The translations under genes were made by a program, and so were the position numbers. The notes beneath the pieces were generated by a model that saw only the letters and a list, made by a program, of their open reading frames with translations, made no database searches and had not been told where the DNA came from. From Opitutaceae bacterium (GTDB taxonomy: Bacteria; Verrucomicrobiota; Verrucomicrobiia; Opitutales; Opitutaceae): a stretch of 64,000 bases of DNA. The DNA is taken from positions 866 through 64,865 of the forward strand of contig SYGN01000162.1 of the NCBI GenBank assembly GCA_005799525.1, given 5' to 3'. Of this stretch, positions 1 through 11,696 are shown in pieces. Numbering within the stretch: position 1 is the first letter of the stretch; each line of letters opens with the position of its first letter.

Positions 1-2
1 GG

Positions 3-914
3 GGCGCCCATCGTTGGATCGATCTCGGGTATTTCTCGTTCCAACCATCGGAAACCGCCAAAATTGCCGTGCTGCTCATCACGGCGAGCCTCCTGATCCG
101 CTCCAAAATCGGCACCGTAACCCAATCCTTGGGCACCTTGGGAAAATTGGCCCTTGCGGTCGGCGCACCCATGATCCTTATCCTAAAACAACCCGATCTC
201 AAATCGGCGATTGTTTTGCCTCCGATGGTTTTTTCTATGCTCTACGTTTCCCGACTCTCCGCGCGTTTCTTCGCGGGAGCGCTAGGCGTGTTCGCCCTCC
301 TCCTCGGCTTGGTGACTTGGGATATCTATAACTACAAGAGCTACATCGAGTCTCACGATTATCCATGGAAGCATTCGGAGCAAAACGTATCTGGCTCTTG
401 GCTCCCGTTTCGAGATTACCAACGCAACCGGATCGTCGGTTTCGTCTGGCCCGCCAAGGTCGGCGCCAAAGGCGCCGGCTGGAACCAAAGCCAGTCCCTT
501 ATCTCAGTCGGCTCCGGCGGTCTGACCGGCAAGGGCTGGACCGAGGGCACGCAGGCCCAGCTCGGCTACCTGCCCCGCACGGTCGCGCATAACGATTTTA
601 TCTTCTCGGTCATCGCCGAGGAAAAAGGATTTCTGGGAAGCCTCACGGTTCTCGGTCTGTTCGGTCTGGTTCTGTTCAACGGCATTCGCATCGCCGGTTC
701 CGCAAGGGACCGCTTCGGCACTCTGCTCGCCATCGGCGTCACTGTGTTGTTCGCCGTGCACGTGTTTGTGAACATCGCCATGACCATCGGCCTCGTGCCC
801 ATCACGGGCATACCGCTTCCCTTCATCAGCTACGGTGGCTCTTTTGTGCTTAGTTGCTGTTTGCTGCAAGGACTGGTCCAGAGCGTCTGGCGCTTTCGGA
901 AGGACTTCGCATGA
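3..914 (+). CDS. rodA: SEDS-family peptidoglycan glycosyltransferase (RodA/FtsW), 5' end outside window
   Basis: The frame is open from the window edge. The translation contains RWIDLGYFSFQPSETAKI and GIPLPFISYGGSF, both FtsW/RodA/SpoVE hallmarks, plus several hydrophobic helices. It lies next to RNase G as in mre/rod clusters, so the symbol is an inference. Confidence 0.85.
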   Translation, partial: GAHRWIDLGYFSFQPSETAKIAVLLITASLLIRSKIGTVTQSLGTLGKLALAVGAPMILILKQPDLKSAIVLPPMVFSMLYVSRLSARFFAGALGVFALLLGLVTWDIYNYKSYIESHDYPWKHSEQNVSGSWLPFRDYQRNRIVGFVWPAKVGAKGAGWNQSQSLISVGSGGLTGKGWTEGTQAQLGYLPRTVAHNDFIFSVIAEEKGFLGSLTVLGLFGLVLFNGIRIAGSARDRFGTLLAIGVTVLFAVHVFVNIAMTIGLVPITGIPLPFISYGGSFVLSCCLLQGLVQSVWRFRKDFA

Positions 915-1010
915 AGCCCCTTCTTCGCACCAACGACCGCTCTGCCGGAATTTCCTGCGCCGCAACTACCGCACCGAGTTCCGCCGTGCATAACCCACAC
1001 GACACGCACC

Positions 1011-2756
<1,746 letters not shown>

Positions 2757-2789
2757 CGAAATCGTTCTCGTTCTCCTAATGTTCTCTCC

Positions 2790-2819
2790 GGCCGCCCCTC
2801 ACCGGGCGGCCTTTTTTTT
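2790..2819 (+). terminator. Rho-independent terminator downstream of rng
   Basis: GGCCGCCC (2790-2797) pairs perfectly with GGGCGGCC (2804-2811) across a 6-nt loop. A run of eight T follows (2812-2819), 34 nt after the rng stop codon. Confidence 0.85.
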
Positions 2820-3158
2820 GCGACCCGCTGCGCGCGCCTTCTGCACCGATTGCTCCCCATGCGAAGGCACCGCGACCCCCGAAAAACCTCCTGCTCCGGT
2901 CGCCTCGATTCCCTCGACTTAGAGAATCTTTGCGACCTTGGGTTTTCCCGATAAAAACTGCCCGCACCCGCCGGTGCGACTCCTCGACCGATACGCGTCC
3001 GCCGCCGCCCGACAAGGGAGTTTTTCACGACCGAGGCTTCGAGACTGCGGACCACGAGCTGAGGCGTGAGCGAAACTTGCGACGACTGATAGCTGCCTTC
3101 AAACGACCTCACCCCTCCTCTTCCCGACGGCATGGTAAGGCTATCACTTCCCCACCGG

Positions 3159-3235
3159 CTTTACTACCGATTAATAGTAAAGCTACTTTACTACTCAAAA
3201 ATAGTAAATTGACATTACTATCTTTGAGTAGTAAA
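3159..3235. promoter_or_regulatory. Three operator palindromes TTTACTA-N8-TAGTAAA upstream of hipB
   Basis: The sites are CTTTACTA-N8-TAGTAAAG (3159-3182), TTTACTA-N8-TAGTAAA (3187-3208) and TTACTA-N8-TAGTAA (3215-3234). Centres are exactly 27 bp apart. The stretch is AT-rich within GC-rich DNA, and the last site ends 10 nt before the hipB ATG. Confidence 0.75.
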
Positions 3236-3244
3236 CAACCTGCC

Positions 3245-3499
3245 ATGAATTATCCCCTCGATACGCCGGCCCAAGCCCAGGCCGTGCTCAAGGCCTTGCG
3301 CGCCGCCCAGGGCCTGAGCCAAGCGCAGGTCGGTGAAATGATGGGCGTGAATCAGAAGCGCATCGCCCGCATCGAAGCCGCGCCCGGCAGCACGAGCGTT
3401 GCTCAGGTCGCCAAGCTCGTCGCCCTGCTCGGCGGACGGCTCGTCATCGACGACGGTCAGACCGACGGCAAGCAACCCAAGTCTAAGTCTACTTGGTAG
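3245..3499 (+). CDS. hipB: XRE-family HTH antitoxin HipB
   Basis: 84 aa with an HTH_3-like segment (GLSQAQVGEMMGVNQKRIARIE). The stop codon is 4 nt before the hipA start. Confidence 0.85.
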   Translation: MNYPLDTPAQAQAVLKALRAAQGLSQAQVGEMMGVNQKRIARIEAAPGSTSVAQVAKLVALLGGRLVIDDGQTDGKQPKSKSTW

Positions 3500-3502
3500 C
3501 CC

Positions 3503-4810
3503 ATGCCTGCCTCTCTCCATGTCTGGATGAACGGTCGGCACGTGGGCGTCTGGACGCACTCACCCGGCACTTCGAGTTTTCAGTATGATCCCGTCTGGGC
3601 CGCCGCCCCTGATCGGCGACGATTGTCCCTATCGCTCGACTTCCAACCCGGCAACACTGCACGCAAGGGCGCCTTCGTCGAGAGCTACTTCGATAATCTC
3701 CTGCCGGACAGCGAAACCATCCGCAAACGCCTCCAGAGCCGCTTCGGGACCGCCTCCCGCGAGCCCTTCGATCTCCTCACCGCCATCGGCCGCGACTGCA
3801 TCGGCGCCGTGCAACTGCGGCCCGCAGGCGAGGAACCAGCAGCCGTGGAAAAAATCGAAGCAGAGCCGCTGGACGACGCCGAAGTTGAGCAAGCGATCAG
3901 CGCCGCGCTCTCCGACGGGCGCGGGTTGGGCCAAGCCGACGACGAGGACTTCCGCATTTCCCTCGCCGGCGCTCAGGAGAAGACCGCCCTGCTCCGCTAC
4001 AAAGATCGCTGGTGCCGTCCGCTCGGCGCCACGCCGACCACCCACATCTTCAAACTCCCGCTCGGCATAGTCGGTAATCTTCAGGTCGATCTGAGCGATT
4101 CGGTAGAAGACGAGTGGCTGAGCCTGAAATTACTGGCCGCCTTCGGACTCGAAACCGCCCACGCCGAAATTGCCCACTTCGGAAAACACCGCGTGCTCGT
4201 CGTGGAACGTTTCGACCGTGTCTGGCAGGGCACAAAATGGATCGCGCGCCGGCCGCAGGAGGATTTCTGCCAAGCTCTCGGCATCGCTGGTTGGAAGAAA
4301 TACGAAAATCAAGGTGGACCGGGCATGGACGCTATCCTCCACGTGCTGGCCTTCAGCGCCGAGGCGGCGCGCAACCGCCGCGATTTCGTCAAGTCCCAGA
4401 TCGTGTTCTGGCTCCTCGCCGCGACTGATGGCCACGCGAAAAATTTCTCCCTGTTTCACGAAACCGGCGGAGCGTTTCGGATGACGCCATTCTACGACGT
4501 GCTCTCCGTTTGGCCCGTGATGGGCCCGAAGGCGCATCAAGTTCCCTGGCAAAAAGCCACCCTCGCCATGGCCGTGCGCGCCACCAACGCCCACTGGAAA
4601 CTCAAAGACATCCGCCCGCACCATTGGTCCGCCGTCGCCAAACAAGCCGGCCTCGGTAAGGCCGACACGCTGATCCATGAAATTCTGTCACTCGTACCGG
4701 CCGCGGTTTCTTCCGTTGGCAATCTTCTGCCAAAAAAATTCCCCGCCCACGTCAGCGACAAAATTTTCTCCGGTATCGAGCAACAGGCCAAAATCCTCGC
4801 CGCCGGCTAA
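3503..4810 (+). CDS. hipA: HipA-family serine/threonine kinase toxin
   Basis: 435 aa. The N-terminal coupling domain is MNGRHVGVW...FQYDPVW. HipA motifs are present: RISLAGAQEKTALL, THIFKLP, VERFDR and DGHAKNFSL. Confidence 0.9.
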   Translation: MPASLHVWMNGRHVGVWTHSPGTSSFQYDPVWAAAPDRRRLSLSLDFQPGNTARKGAFVESYFDNLLPDSETIRKRLQSRFGTASREPFDLLTAIGRDCIGAVQLRPAGEEPAAVEKIEAEPLDDAEVEQAISAALSDGRGLGQADDEDFRISLAGAQEKTALLRYKDRWCRPLGATPTTHIFKLPLGIVGNLQVDLSDSVEDEWLSLKLLAAFGLETAHAEIAHFGKHRVLVVERFDRVWQGTKWIARRPQEDFCQALGIAGWKKYENQGGPGMDAILHVLAFSAEAARNRRDFVKSQIVFWLLAATDGHAKNFSLFHETGGAFRMTPFYDVLSVWPVMGPKAHQVPWQKATLAMAVRATNAHWKLKDIRPHHWSAVAKQAGLGKADTLIHEILSLVPAAVSSVGNLLPKKFPAHVSDKIFSGIEQQAKILAAG

Positions 4811-4971
4811 CGGTGGAGCGCCGAATCCAAAATCTTTTTTGCGATCAGGCGGAGTTCTGCTTGGATCCAAAACGGCGGCGATGCTCGCTGGTCGCTCGTC
4901 ATCGCCAACAATTCCGCTTTCCTCGGAGAGCCGCTCCACGCCACTCCACGCCGCTGTCGCCGATTTACCCC

Positions 4972-5889
4972 ATGCCGCCCGCCCCCCAATCCCCCGCATC
5001 CGAATTTTCACCCGCGAGCCCCCACGCGCCCCAGCTTTATCTCGGCCTCCCGCTGCGGGTCCATGGCTTCGCGTGGGGCGGGCTGGTGGTGCTCACCCTG
5101 CTGTTGCTCGCTCTGACCTCCACCTTCGAAGGTAAATCCGTGTGGAGCGGTTGGGTCGAAAGTCGCGGACTCCGGCAGCCGTCCTACGCGGAACGAATTT
5201 ATTTCGATCACGTGGTTCGCACCCGCGCCAACACGTGGTCGAATCTGGCATTCGTCGTCGTCGGGCTTTACGCCCTCGCACTCGGCTACCACGACAGGCG
5301 ACACCGCGGCGACCCACGTGCCGGCTATGTGATCGCCACCCCGGCCATGAGTCTCCTCTTCGGTGCCGCGTGTTGCTTACTCGGATTCGGCAGCGGTTTT
5401 TACCACGCCTCCCTCACGCGATGGGGCCAACAACTCGACGTCGCGTCCATGTATCCGCCGCTGCTCGTAGGCATCGCCATAAGTTTGGGGCGGTGGCTGC
5501 GCCGATGCGAACGCGGGCCCACTCCGCGCACGCTCCCCGTAGGGCCGATCCTCGGGGGCCTCGTCGTCATCACGAGCTACCTCCTCTATCACTTCAAGTG
5601 GTCGATGGCCTCTGGCACGGTGCTCGCCACACTCATCGTCACCACCGCGTGCGCCGGACTCGTGGATGCCTTGTTCGCGCGCCGCACGCTTCATTTTTGT
5701 TGGCTGCTCTACTCGACACTGGCCCTGGTTGCAGCCGTCATCTGCCGGCAACTCGATGTCGCCAGAAAATTCAGCGGACCCGACGCCTGGCTCCAAGGTC
5801 ACGCGCTGTGGCACGTGCTGACCGCCCTCTCGCTGGCCTGCGCCTATGCCTATCACCGTTCGGAAAAGCTGCCTCCGGAGAGCGATTAA
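4972..5889 (+). CDS. Alkaline ceramidase-like 7-TM membrane protein
   Basis: I chose the start at the internal ATG (MPPAPQ). Ceramidase-family signatures are RANTWSNLAFVVVGLYAL, GSGFYHASLTRWGQQLDVASMY and GHALWHVLTALS. The function is a family-level guess. Confidence 0.6.
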   Translation: MPPAPQSPASEFSPASPHAPQLYLGLPLRVHGFAWGGLVVLTLLLLALTSTFEGKSVWSGWVESRGLRQPSYAERIYFDHVVRTRANTWSNLAFVVVGLYALALGYHDRRHRGDPRAGYVIATPAMSLLFGAACCLLGFGSGFYHASLTRWGQQLDVASMYPPLLVGIAISLGRWLRRCERGPTPRTLPVGPILGGLVVITSYLLYHFKWSMASGTVLATLIVTTACAGLVDALFARRTLHFCWLLYSTLALVAAVICRQLDVARKFSGPDAWLQGHALWHVLTALSLACAYAYHRSEKLPPESD

Positions 5890-5911
5890 CCAGCACCGCC
5901 GATTCGAAACA

Positions 5912-8900
5912 TCAAAAATTTCCACGGACGCCGAGGCTCCAGCTGACGCCGTAGTTGCCGTAGCGATAAAGCGCGGCGGGGATATTGCGGGTCGGATCAC
6001 CTTCGTAGAGGAGATGGGGATCGTTGATGAGATTGCGGCCTTGGAAGAAGAGGCTCGTGCGCGCCGAGAGTTTGTAGCCACCACTAAGATCGAGCTTGAG
6101 ATTGTGGCGCTGGTAACGGCCGAACACCGTCGTGAACGGCGTGTCGTCCTGCCACACGGCGCCGGCGCGGAGACTGAGTCCGCGGATGCTCCAATCCATC
6201 GCACCGGAAACTTTGTGCGGGGTCACGCCGGGGAAATACTGGTTGGCGTAGTTGCGAGTGTAGCTGACGTTCACGTTTGTCGTGCGGAGGAAGCTGGGGA
6301 GAAACGAGAGGTTTTGGTTATATGCGAGCTCCAGGCTGCGATAACGATAAAGGGTGTTGTTGTTGGTCAGCGATTGGAACTCGTAGGTCGCGTAATCAGG
6401 ATCGTTTTCAAAACCGAAGTCCGCCGCTTTGCCGCGCACGGTCACGCGTTGATCGGAAATTTCCGTTTGCTGGACGAGAAAGGTAAAGCTCCCGACGGGC
6501 TCGAAGTAGTAGGCGAGGCGGGCGACGTAATTTTCGGATTTTTCCGGTTTCAGATTCGGGTTCGGCGCGGTAACGAGGAGCGCCTGGTCGTTGATGGACC
6601 ACACGCCCGCGAGCGCATCGACCGGTGGACGCGAGATCGCATAGCTGAAGCCGACCTGCGCCTGAAGGTTTGGGCGAATGGAATATTTGAGCGAGGCGCT
6701 GGGGAAAAAATTAGCATAATCGCCTTCGTGCGAGGTGCGCGGCTGGGAGAAAAACTGGTCGTGCATGCCCTCGACGGTCGTCGCCCGGCGAGTCGTGGCG
6801 GAGATGGGATATTTCAATGCCACCTGCGCCGCGGTGAGCGGATCAAACTCCCGCGACTCGGACTCGGTGAGTTCCCAGCGCAAACCGCCCTGGAGTTGGA
6901 GTTTGCCGAGGCGGGTGTTGGCCATACCGAAACCGGCGGTCCCATGTTGGCGGAAATCGCGGTGGTTGGCGACGTAAGCGGTGTAGTAGTTTTCGGCGGT
7001 CGCAACATTCACGAAATATTCCGGGTGCTCGCGGTAAAGAAGCGAGACGGCGCTGCGGTTGGTGAGCGTGGGGAGATTGGCAATGGTGAGGGCGCGGATG
7101 TCGCCCATGTGGGTGTTGAAGGGCCGCGGCGAGGGGAAGGCGGCGAAGGTGCCGGTCGTAGTGATCGTGCCGTTGGCGTTGAGGATGTTTCCGCCCGGAA
7201 CGATGTAGCTGTAGACGAGGTAGGGCGTGGTGTTCTCGGTCTTGCGGTTTTCCTCGGACCACTTGCCGCCGAACTTACGGAACGTCGGGAAGCGCCACGG
7301 GAAGACGTATTTCGCGTTGGCCTCGCCGGTGTAGATTTCGGTGAAGGCGAAACGCCCCTCCTCGTTGGAGCGCGGGTTCGTGTGGTTAGCAAGGTTAGAC
7401 CAATCGGCACCGCCCGTTTGGACAATCGTCCACTCAGCGGAATCGGCGTTGGGACGCGTGGCGCGGAAATCGGCAGTGAGGGCGTTGAGCGTTTCGGTGC
7501 GGATCGAGCTGCGGGTAGACGTCTCGTGGTCGTTTTTCGAACGTGAGAAATTGGCCGTGCCGTCAACCGTGAGGCCGCCGAGTTTGTATTCGAATTTCGG
7601 GGTGAATGTGAACGACTTGGTGAGCCTGATCGCGGTACCGCCGCCGTAGGTCATCGTACGCGAGGTATTGGCGGCGAGGGCGCTCGTACGGATGTCCGTC
7701 ATACCGTCGCCGAGCACGTTTTGCCGGCCGGTCGCGGCAACGACGCCGTTGGCGGCGGCATTGAAAGTGAGGGCGCCTTGGTGTGTGCGTTATTTTCAAA
7801 AGCGTTGAACATCGCGGTGAGCGACAGCACGAGGCGGTGGGTGGCCTTGAAGTCAGTCGTCGCAGTAATATTCGCGCGGCTGGAGAGACGCGGGCCGTCG
7901 GTGAACACCATGCCGGTGAGCACCATGGGGTGGAGGTCGCCGCCGGTGCCGTTGGCGGCGGGGGCGACGGTAGTATCGTTGTAGGTGTGCGTGACGTACT
8001 GTTGCTCGGAGCGGATGCTGCTGTTGCTCACGCTGAGTCGGACGCCGAGCCGCTGGTTTAGAAATAAGTCGGAGTAATCGAGTTGGTAGTTGGGACGCCA
8101 TTGGCGGCGGAGGTTGTCGTCCCAGCCATGGGTCTGACCAAAGTTGGCGGCGTCGGGCGTGTTGAAGCCGGCGCTGAACTGCCAGTCGACGCGGCGGCCC
8201 TTGCGGTCGAACGCGCGGCGGGTGCGCATGTTGATGGAGCCGGCGGGAGAATTGGCGTCCATGTCGGGGCTGAGCGTGCGGCTGACCTCGATGGATTCGA
8301 TGGAGTTGATGGACATCTGCTCGAAGCCGACCGAGCGCGACTGGCTGCCGGCGGCGCCGTTGAGCGTGCTGCCGCAGGCGACGAAAGCATCAGCGCTGCG
8401 ACCGCCGCACCGTCCATGGTGACGCCGACGTATTGCTGGTCAAGACGCCGACGCGCGGGCCGCGGCTAATGCCATCGACGTATTCGACTTCGACCCCGGG
8501 GAGAAATTTCAGGAATTCGCCGACGTTGCCCTCGGTGACATCGCCGAAGGTGTCGGCAGCAACGGAGGTGGAAATGTTCATGTTGCGGCGCTGTTCCATA
8601 ATGGCCTTGGCGTTGCCCTCGCGCTCGTGGGAAACGACGAAGGCTTGGAGCTTGAGCGGTTCATCTTTGCCGACGGATCTGCGAGCCTGCGCGCTGACAA
8701 TTTCGAAATCGCGGGTCGCAGCGGTGCCCGCGGACACGACCACCGTCGCCGTCGTCAGCTGGTAGCCCGAAAAGGTGACCTGCAACGTGGCGGGGCCGAC
8801 GGGCACGTTGGAGAGTTGGTAGACGCCACCGTCCTCAGAGTATGCGACCTGCTCCGTGCCTTGCACGCGGATTTCGGCGTTGCGCACGTATTCACCGGTC

Positions 8901-9040
8901 GCGGGATTAAAGATCCGGCCGGTAATGCTGCCAGTGGTGGATTAGGCGACGAGCGAAGGCACCGTTGCGGCTAGAAAAAAACCGAGGCCGATGGAGGCAG
9001 CGAGCAGGGCTCGGCTCAGGGAGAGGCGAAGAAACGGTGG
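5912..9040 (-). pseudogene. TonB-dependent receptor with CarboxypepD_reg domain, disrupted by one nonsense codon and at least three frameshifts
   Basis: Three consecutive ORF pieces (8390-8887, 7699-8316, 5912-7717) plus a bridging frame (8058-8417) align colinearly with the intact paralog at 56690-59863. An in-frame TAA at 8942-8944 aligns to Gln of the paralog signal-peptide cleavage region. Frame changes fall near 8446, 8393 and 7785. No ATG or GTG start remains upstream. Confidence 0.85.
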
Positions 9041-9187
9041 CGAGGCATCGTGAACGAAGAAAAAACAGAGAACCAGTGCGAGCGAGGCCAAAGGAAGAAT
9101 GACACGGAGATTGGACTTTTACCTCCGAAGCACGAACGCGCAGGGCCGGTGGCCGAGTTCACTCAAAAGAGGGTGTGATTAATACTG

Positions 9188-9307
9188 GGCCTCGTTTCCG
9201 CAATGCATCGGGCTCGGAGTTCCGCCTTCAGGCGGGCAGGCGCAGAGTCGGAACCGCCTAAAGACGGAACTCCGAACCCAAGGTCATTTTCGCGATCTGG
9301 CACAGAT
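9188..9307 (-). repeat. REP/MITE-like element, copy A (reverse orientation)
   Basis: The reverse complement matches 15426-15538 at about 89/100 positions over the core. It contains the internal stem GGAGTTCCG(T/C)C ... GGCGGAACTCC. Confidence 0.85.
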
Positions 9308-9370
9308 TTATTCTCAACCCTTAAATGATATTGTGCTCGAAGCACCTGTGAGCCGCGACACTTTGTGGTG

Positions 9371-9586
9371 ATGAACCTCAAGCTCGCCGCGGCGGGAATA
9401 TTTCTTGTGATCTACGCGAGCCAAACGTCGGCACAGGAGCCGGCTCCGGTGTATATATTCCGCACGCTGGCCGGCAGCGCTGGTGTGGCGGGGAGCGCCG
9501 ACGGGACGGGCGCGGCGGCGCGATTGGCAGGGTCAGAAAACCCGCCTACTTCGGAGCGAGGAAGTGTTCGAGAAAGCGATAAATGA
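9371..9586 (+). pseudogene. 5' stub of a secreted NHL/beta-propeller-repeat protein
   Basis: A signal peptide (MNLKLAAAGIFLVIYASQTSAQ) is followed by one partial repeat (YIFRTLAGSAGVAGSADGTGAAARL). That repeat resembles those of the NHL protein at 46600-47685. The frame then degenerates and runs into the 3' end of the convergent esterase gene. Confidence 0.55.
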
Positions 9587-10691
9587 CGGCGTTGGATTCC
9601 TCGGTCGGATCGTGCTTGGGGCGATTGGTCATCGCGACGCGGTCGGCGTAACCAAGGAGTTGATTCACAGCCACGGCGTGAGCGAGCACGGGCCAACGCG
9701 CGGCCGTGTCTTCGGCGCCGCCGCTGACGAGGAAAGGACGCGGTGCCATGAGGGCGTGGAGTTCGTGGAGATCGTGGCCCTGCGCGATGAGTTTCGCGTA
9801 GGCACCGGTGCGTGGAGCGGTCGCGGAAACGAGGCCACGCGGGCGTGTCGTGGTGGGGTCGAGGCCGAGATACCACGGCTCCTGATAGTTGATACTCGTA
9901 CGCGCTTCGTCAAAGACGATGCCGGGATCGGACCAGACGGCGCAGGCGAATTTGTCGTAAAAGCCTCCGGCAAACAACGCCCACTTGCCGCCGTAGGAAT
10001 GGCCGACGAGACCGATGCGCGTGGCATCAACCTCGGGCAGGCGAGTGAGGGCGGTATGGGCGTTGGCGGCGACGTAGGCGAGAAATGAGAGCGGCTGACA
10101 CTGCGCGCCGGCTTGCCCGGGTTGATAGGCGTCGCCTCCTGGGGTGCCGAGGCAGAGCGCCACGAATCCGCGTTTGGCGAGTTGATAACCAAAGTCGCGG
10201 AGCGGGAGGGTCGCCTTGCCGGCGGGAGTGGTGGCGAGGCCGGCGCTGGTGTGCGGTTCGTAAAAGGGGACGACGACGGCAGGGAACGGGCCGCGACCGG
10301 ACGGGACGAGGAGAATCGCCTCTTGCAGATAGCCGGGAGCGAGTTCGATCCGGATGACGCGTTGTTCAAAATTCTCACGCGACTCGGTGCGGATGATTTC
10401 GAGTTTCGGCGCGGCCAGGAGTTCCGGCCACGGGCCGAGGAGGGCGAACCAGCGGGCGCGGATCGCGGCGCGTTCGAGGGACCAGTCGGCGGCGGTCGTG
10501 ATCCGCTGGCCGTCGGGGCGGACGAGCGGAGAGCGGCGCGGGTCGGATTTTTCGAGAGTGGTCGCGGGCGGTTGAAAATACGGCGCGATGTCGGCGGGGA
10601 GTGCGAACGCGGTGCGGTCGGGCACGAAAGTGAGAGCGGCACTGATCGCGATGAGCAGCGCGGCGTGGAATGGCAGGGTGGCAGAATTCAT
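9546..10691 (-). CDS. Secreted alpha/beta-hydrolase (esterase)
   Basis: Only the C-terminal 381 aa of the 701-aa ORF look real. They begin with signal peptide MNSATLPFHAALLIAISAALTF and include the nucleophile elbow GHSYGGKWALFAG. The upstream part of the ORF is antisense to the response regulator. Confidence 0.75.
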   Translation of the reverse strand: MNSATLPFHAALLIAISAALTFVPDRTAFALPADIAPYFQPPATTLEKSDPRRSPLVRPDGQRITTAADWSLERAAIRARWFALLGPWPELLAAPKLEIIRTESRENFEQRVIRIELAPGYLQEAILLVPSGRGPFPAVVVPFYEPHTSAGLATTPAGKATLPLRDFGYQLAKRGFVALCLGTPGGDAYQPGQAGAQCQPLSFLAYVAANAHTALTRLPEVDATRIGLVGHSYGGKWALFAGGFYDKFACAVWSDPGIVFDEARTSINYQEPWYLGLDPTTTRPRGLVSATAPRTGAYAKLIAQGHDLHELHALMAPRPFLVSGGAEDTAARWPVLAHAVAVNQLLGYADRVAMTNRPKHDPTEESNAVIYRFLEHFLAPK

Positions 10692-10865
10692 CGGGGCACG
10701 CCGATCGTTAGAGAGAGGCAAGCGCGGGGCGACAGTGATCTGCAACGAAACGCGGCCGGAGACGGATCGGCGGGTGGACGGTTCACGGGGTGGGCCTGCT
10801 GTCCAGCCGCCCGAGCACGGCGACAGGAATATCGCCGGTCCGTCGGACGCGTGACCCTGGCGGAG

Positions 10866-11696
10866 ATGGACATCCCAAGAGCGGCACCGATGACACACGC
10901 CACCGCAGAGACGTCTTGCGCCGGATCGGCGATCGCGCGAATTTTTTCCGAGCCGGTTTTCCCCCGCCAGATTTTTCCCTTGAGCCCCCTCGCCACTCTC
11001 TCCCCTTTTCCGCCGCGCGTGCTCGTGGTCGAGGACGAACAAAAAACCCGCGAATCGGTGGCCGAAGGATTGAGGCTGGAGGCTTGGTCCGTCGCGACGG
11101 CGGCGACGGCGGGTGAGGCCGCCGAATATTTGGAGCGCGAAGGCTTCGATCTGGTCGTGCTCGACCGGATGTTGCCCGGCGGAGATGGACTCGACGTACT
11201 CCAGCGCACACGCGCTCGGGGCGTCGAAACACCGGTGTTGATGCTCACGGCACGGACCGCGCTCGACGACCGGGTACTCGGCCTCGAAGCCGGCGCCGAC
11301 GATTACCTGGCCAAACCCTTCGCCTTCGTGGAGCTGTTGGCGCGGTGTCGGGCGCTCTTGCGGCGGCCGGTGCTCGGCACGGGCACGGTGCTGCGCTGCG
11401 GCGATCTCCAGCTGGATACGCGGGCGCGCGTGGCCGTGCGCGCAGGCGGTGAAATCCCCCTGACACCGCGCGAGGTCGACGTATTGGAATATCTGCTGCG
11501 CGCCCAAGGGCAGATCGTCACGCGCGAGATGCTGGAGCGCGACGTCTGGAAGCAGACGCACCGGTTCACGTCGCTCGACAATGTGATCGACGTACAACTC
11601 ATGCGGCTGCGCAAAAAAGTGGACGGCGATGGCACCGAGAAGCTCATCCACACAGTGCGCGGGCTCGGTTACCGGTTGGGCAAGGAGCCCGCGTGA
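10866..11696 (+). CDS. OmpR-family response regulator, CusR/CopR-like
   Basis: The receiver domain shows VLVVEDEQKTRESV ... DLVVLDRMLPGGDG ... DDYLAKPF. The winged-helix C-terminus is LTPREVDVLEYLL ... LIHTVRGLGYRL. The start is uncertain: ATG at 10866 or 10890, or GTG at 11019. Confidence 0.85.
   Translation: MDIPRAAPMTHATAETSCAGSAIARIFSEPVFPRQIFPLSPLATLSPFPPRVLVVEDEQKTRESVAEGLRLEAWSVATAATAGEAAEYLEREGFDLVVLDRMLPGGDGLDVLQRTRARGVETPVLMLTARTALDDRVLGLEAGADDYLAKPFAFVELLARCRALLRRPVLGTGTVLRCGDLQLDTRARVAVRAGGEIPLTPREVDVLEYLLRAQGQIVTREMLERDVWKQTHRFTSLDNVIDVQLMRLRKKVDGDGTEKLIHTVRGLGYRLGKEPA

Noticed and set aside
2820-3158. 340-nt gap between the rng terminator and the hipB operators, including ORF 2699-3133 (144 aa, minus strand), as a possible gene or ncRNA
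   Set aside because: The ORF is extremely Arg-rich and overlaps the rng 3' end and terminator. I found no tRNA, RNase P, SRP, tmRNA or 6S signature motifs, so it is left unannotated.
5846-7546. 566-aa plus-strand ORF across the TonB receptor pseudogene
   Set aside because: It is antisense to sequence that aligns residue by residue with the intact receptor paralog. Its composition is Gly/Arg/Glu/Val-rich and unlike real protein.
10692-11651. N-terminal 320 aa of the 701-aa minus-strand ORF 9546-11651
   Set aside because: This part is antisense to the response regulator and is Arg/Pro-rich. A signal peptide begins at the internal Met (10691), so only 9546-10691 is called.
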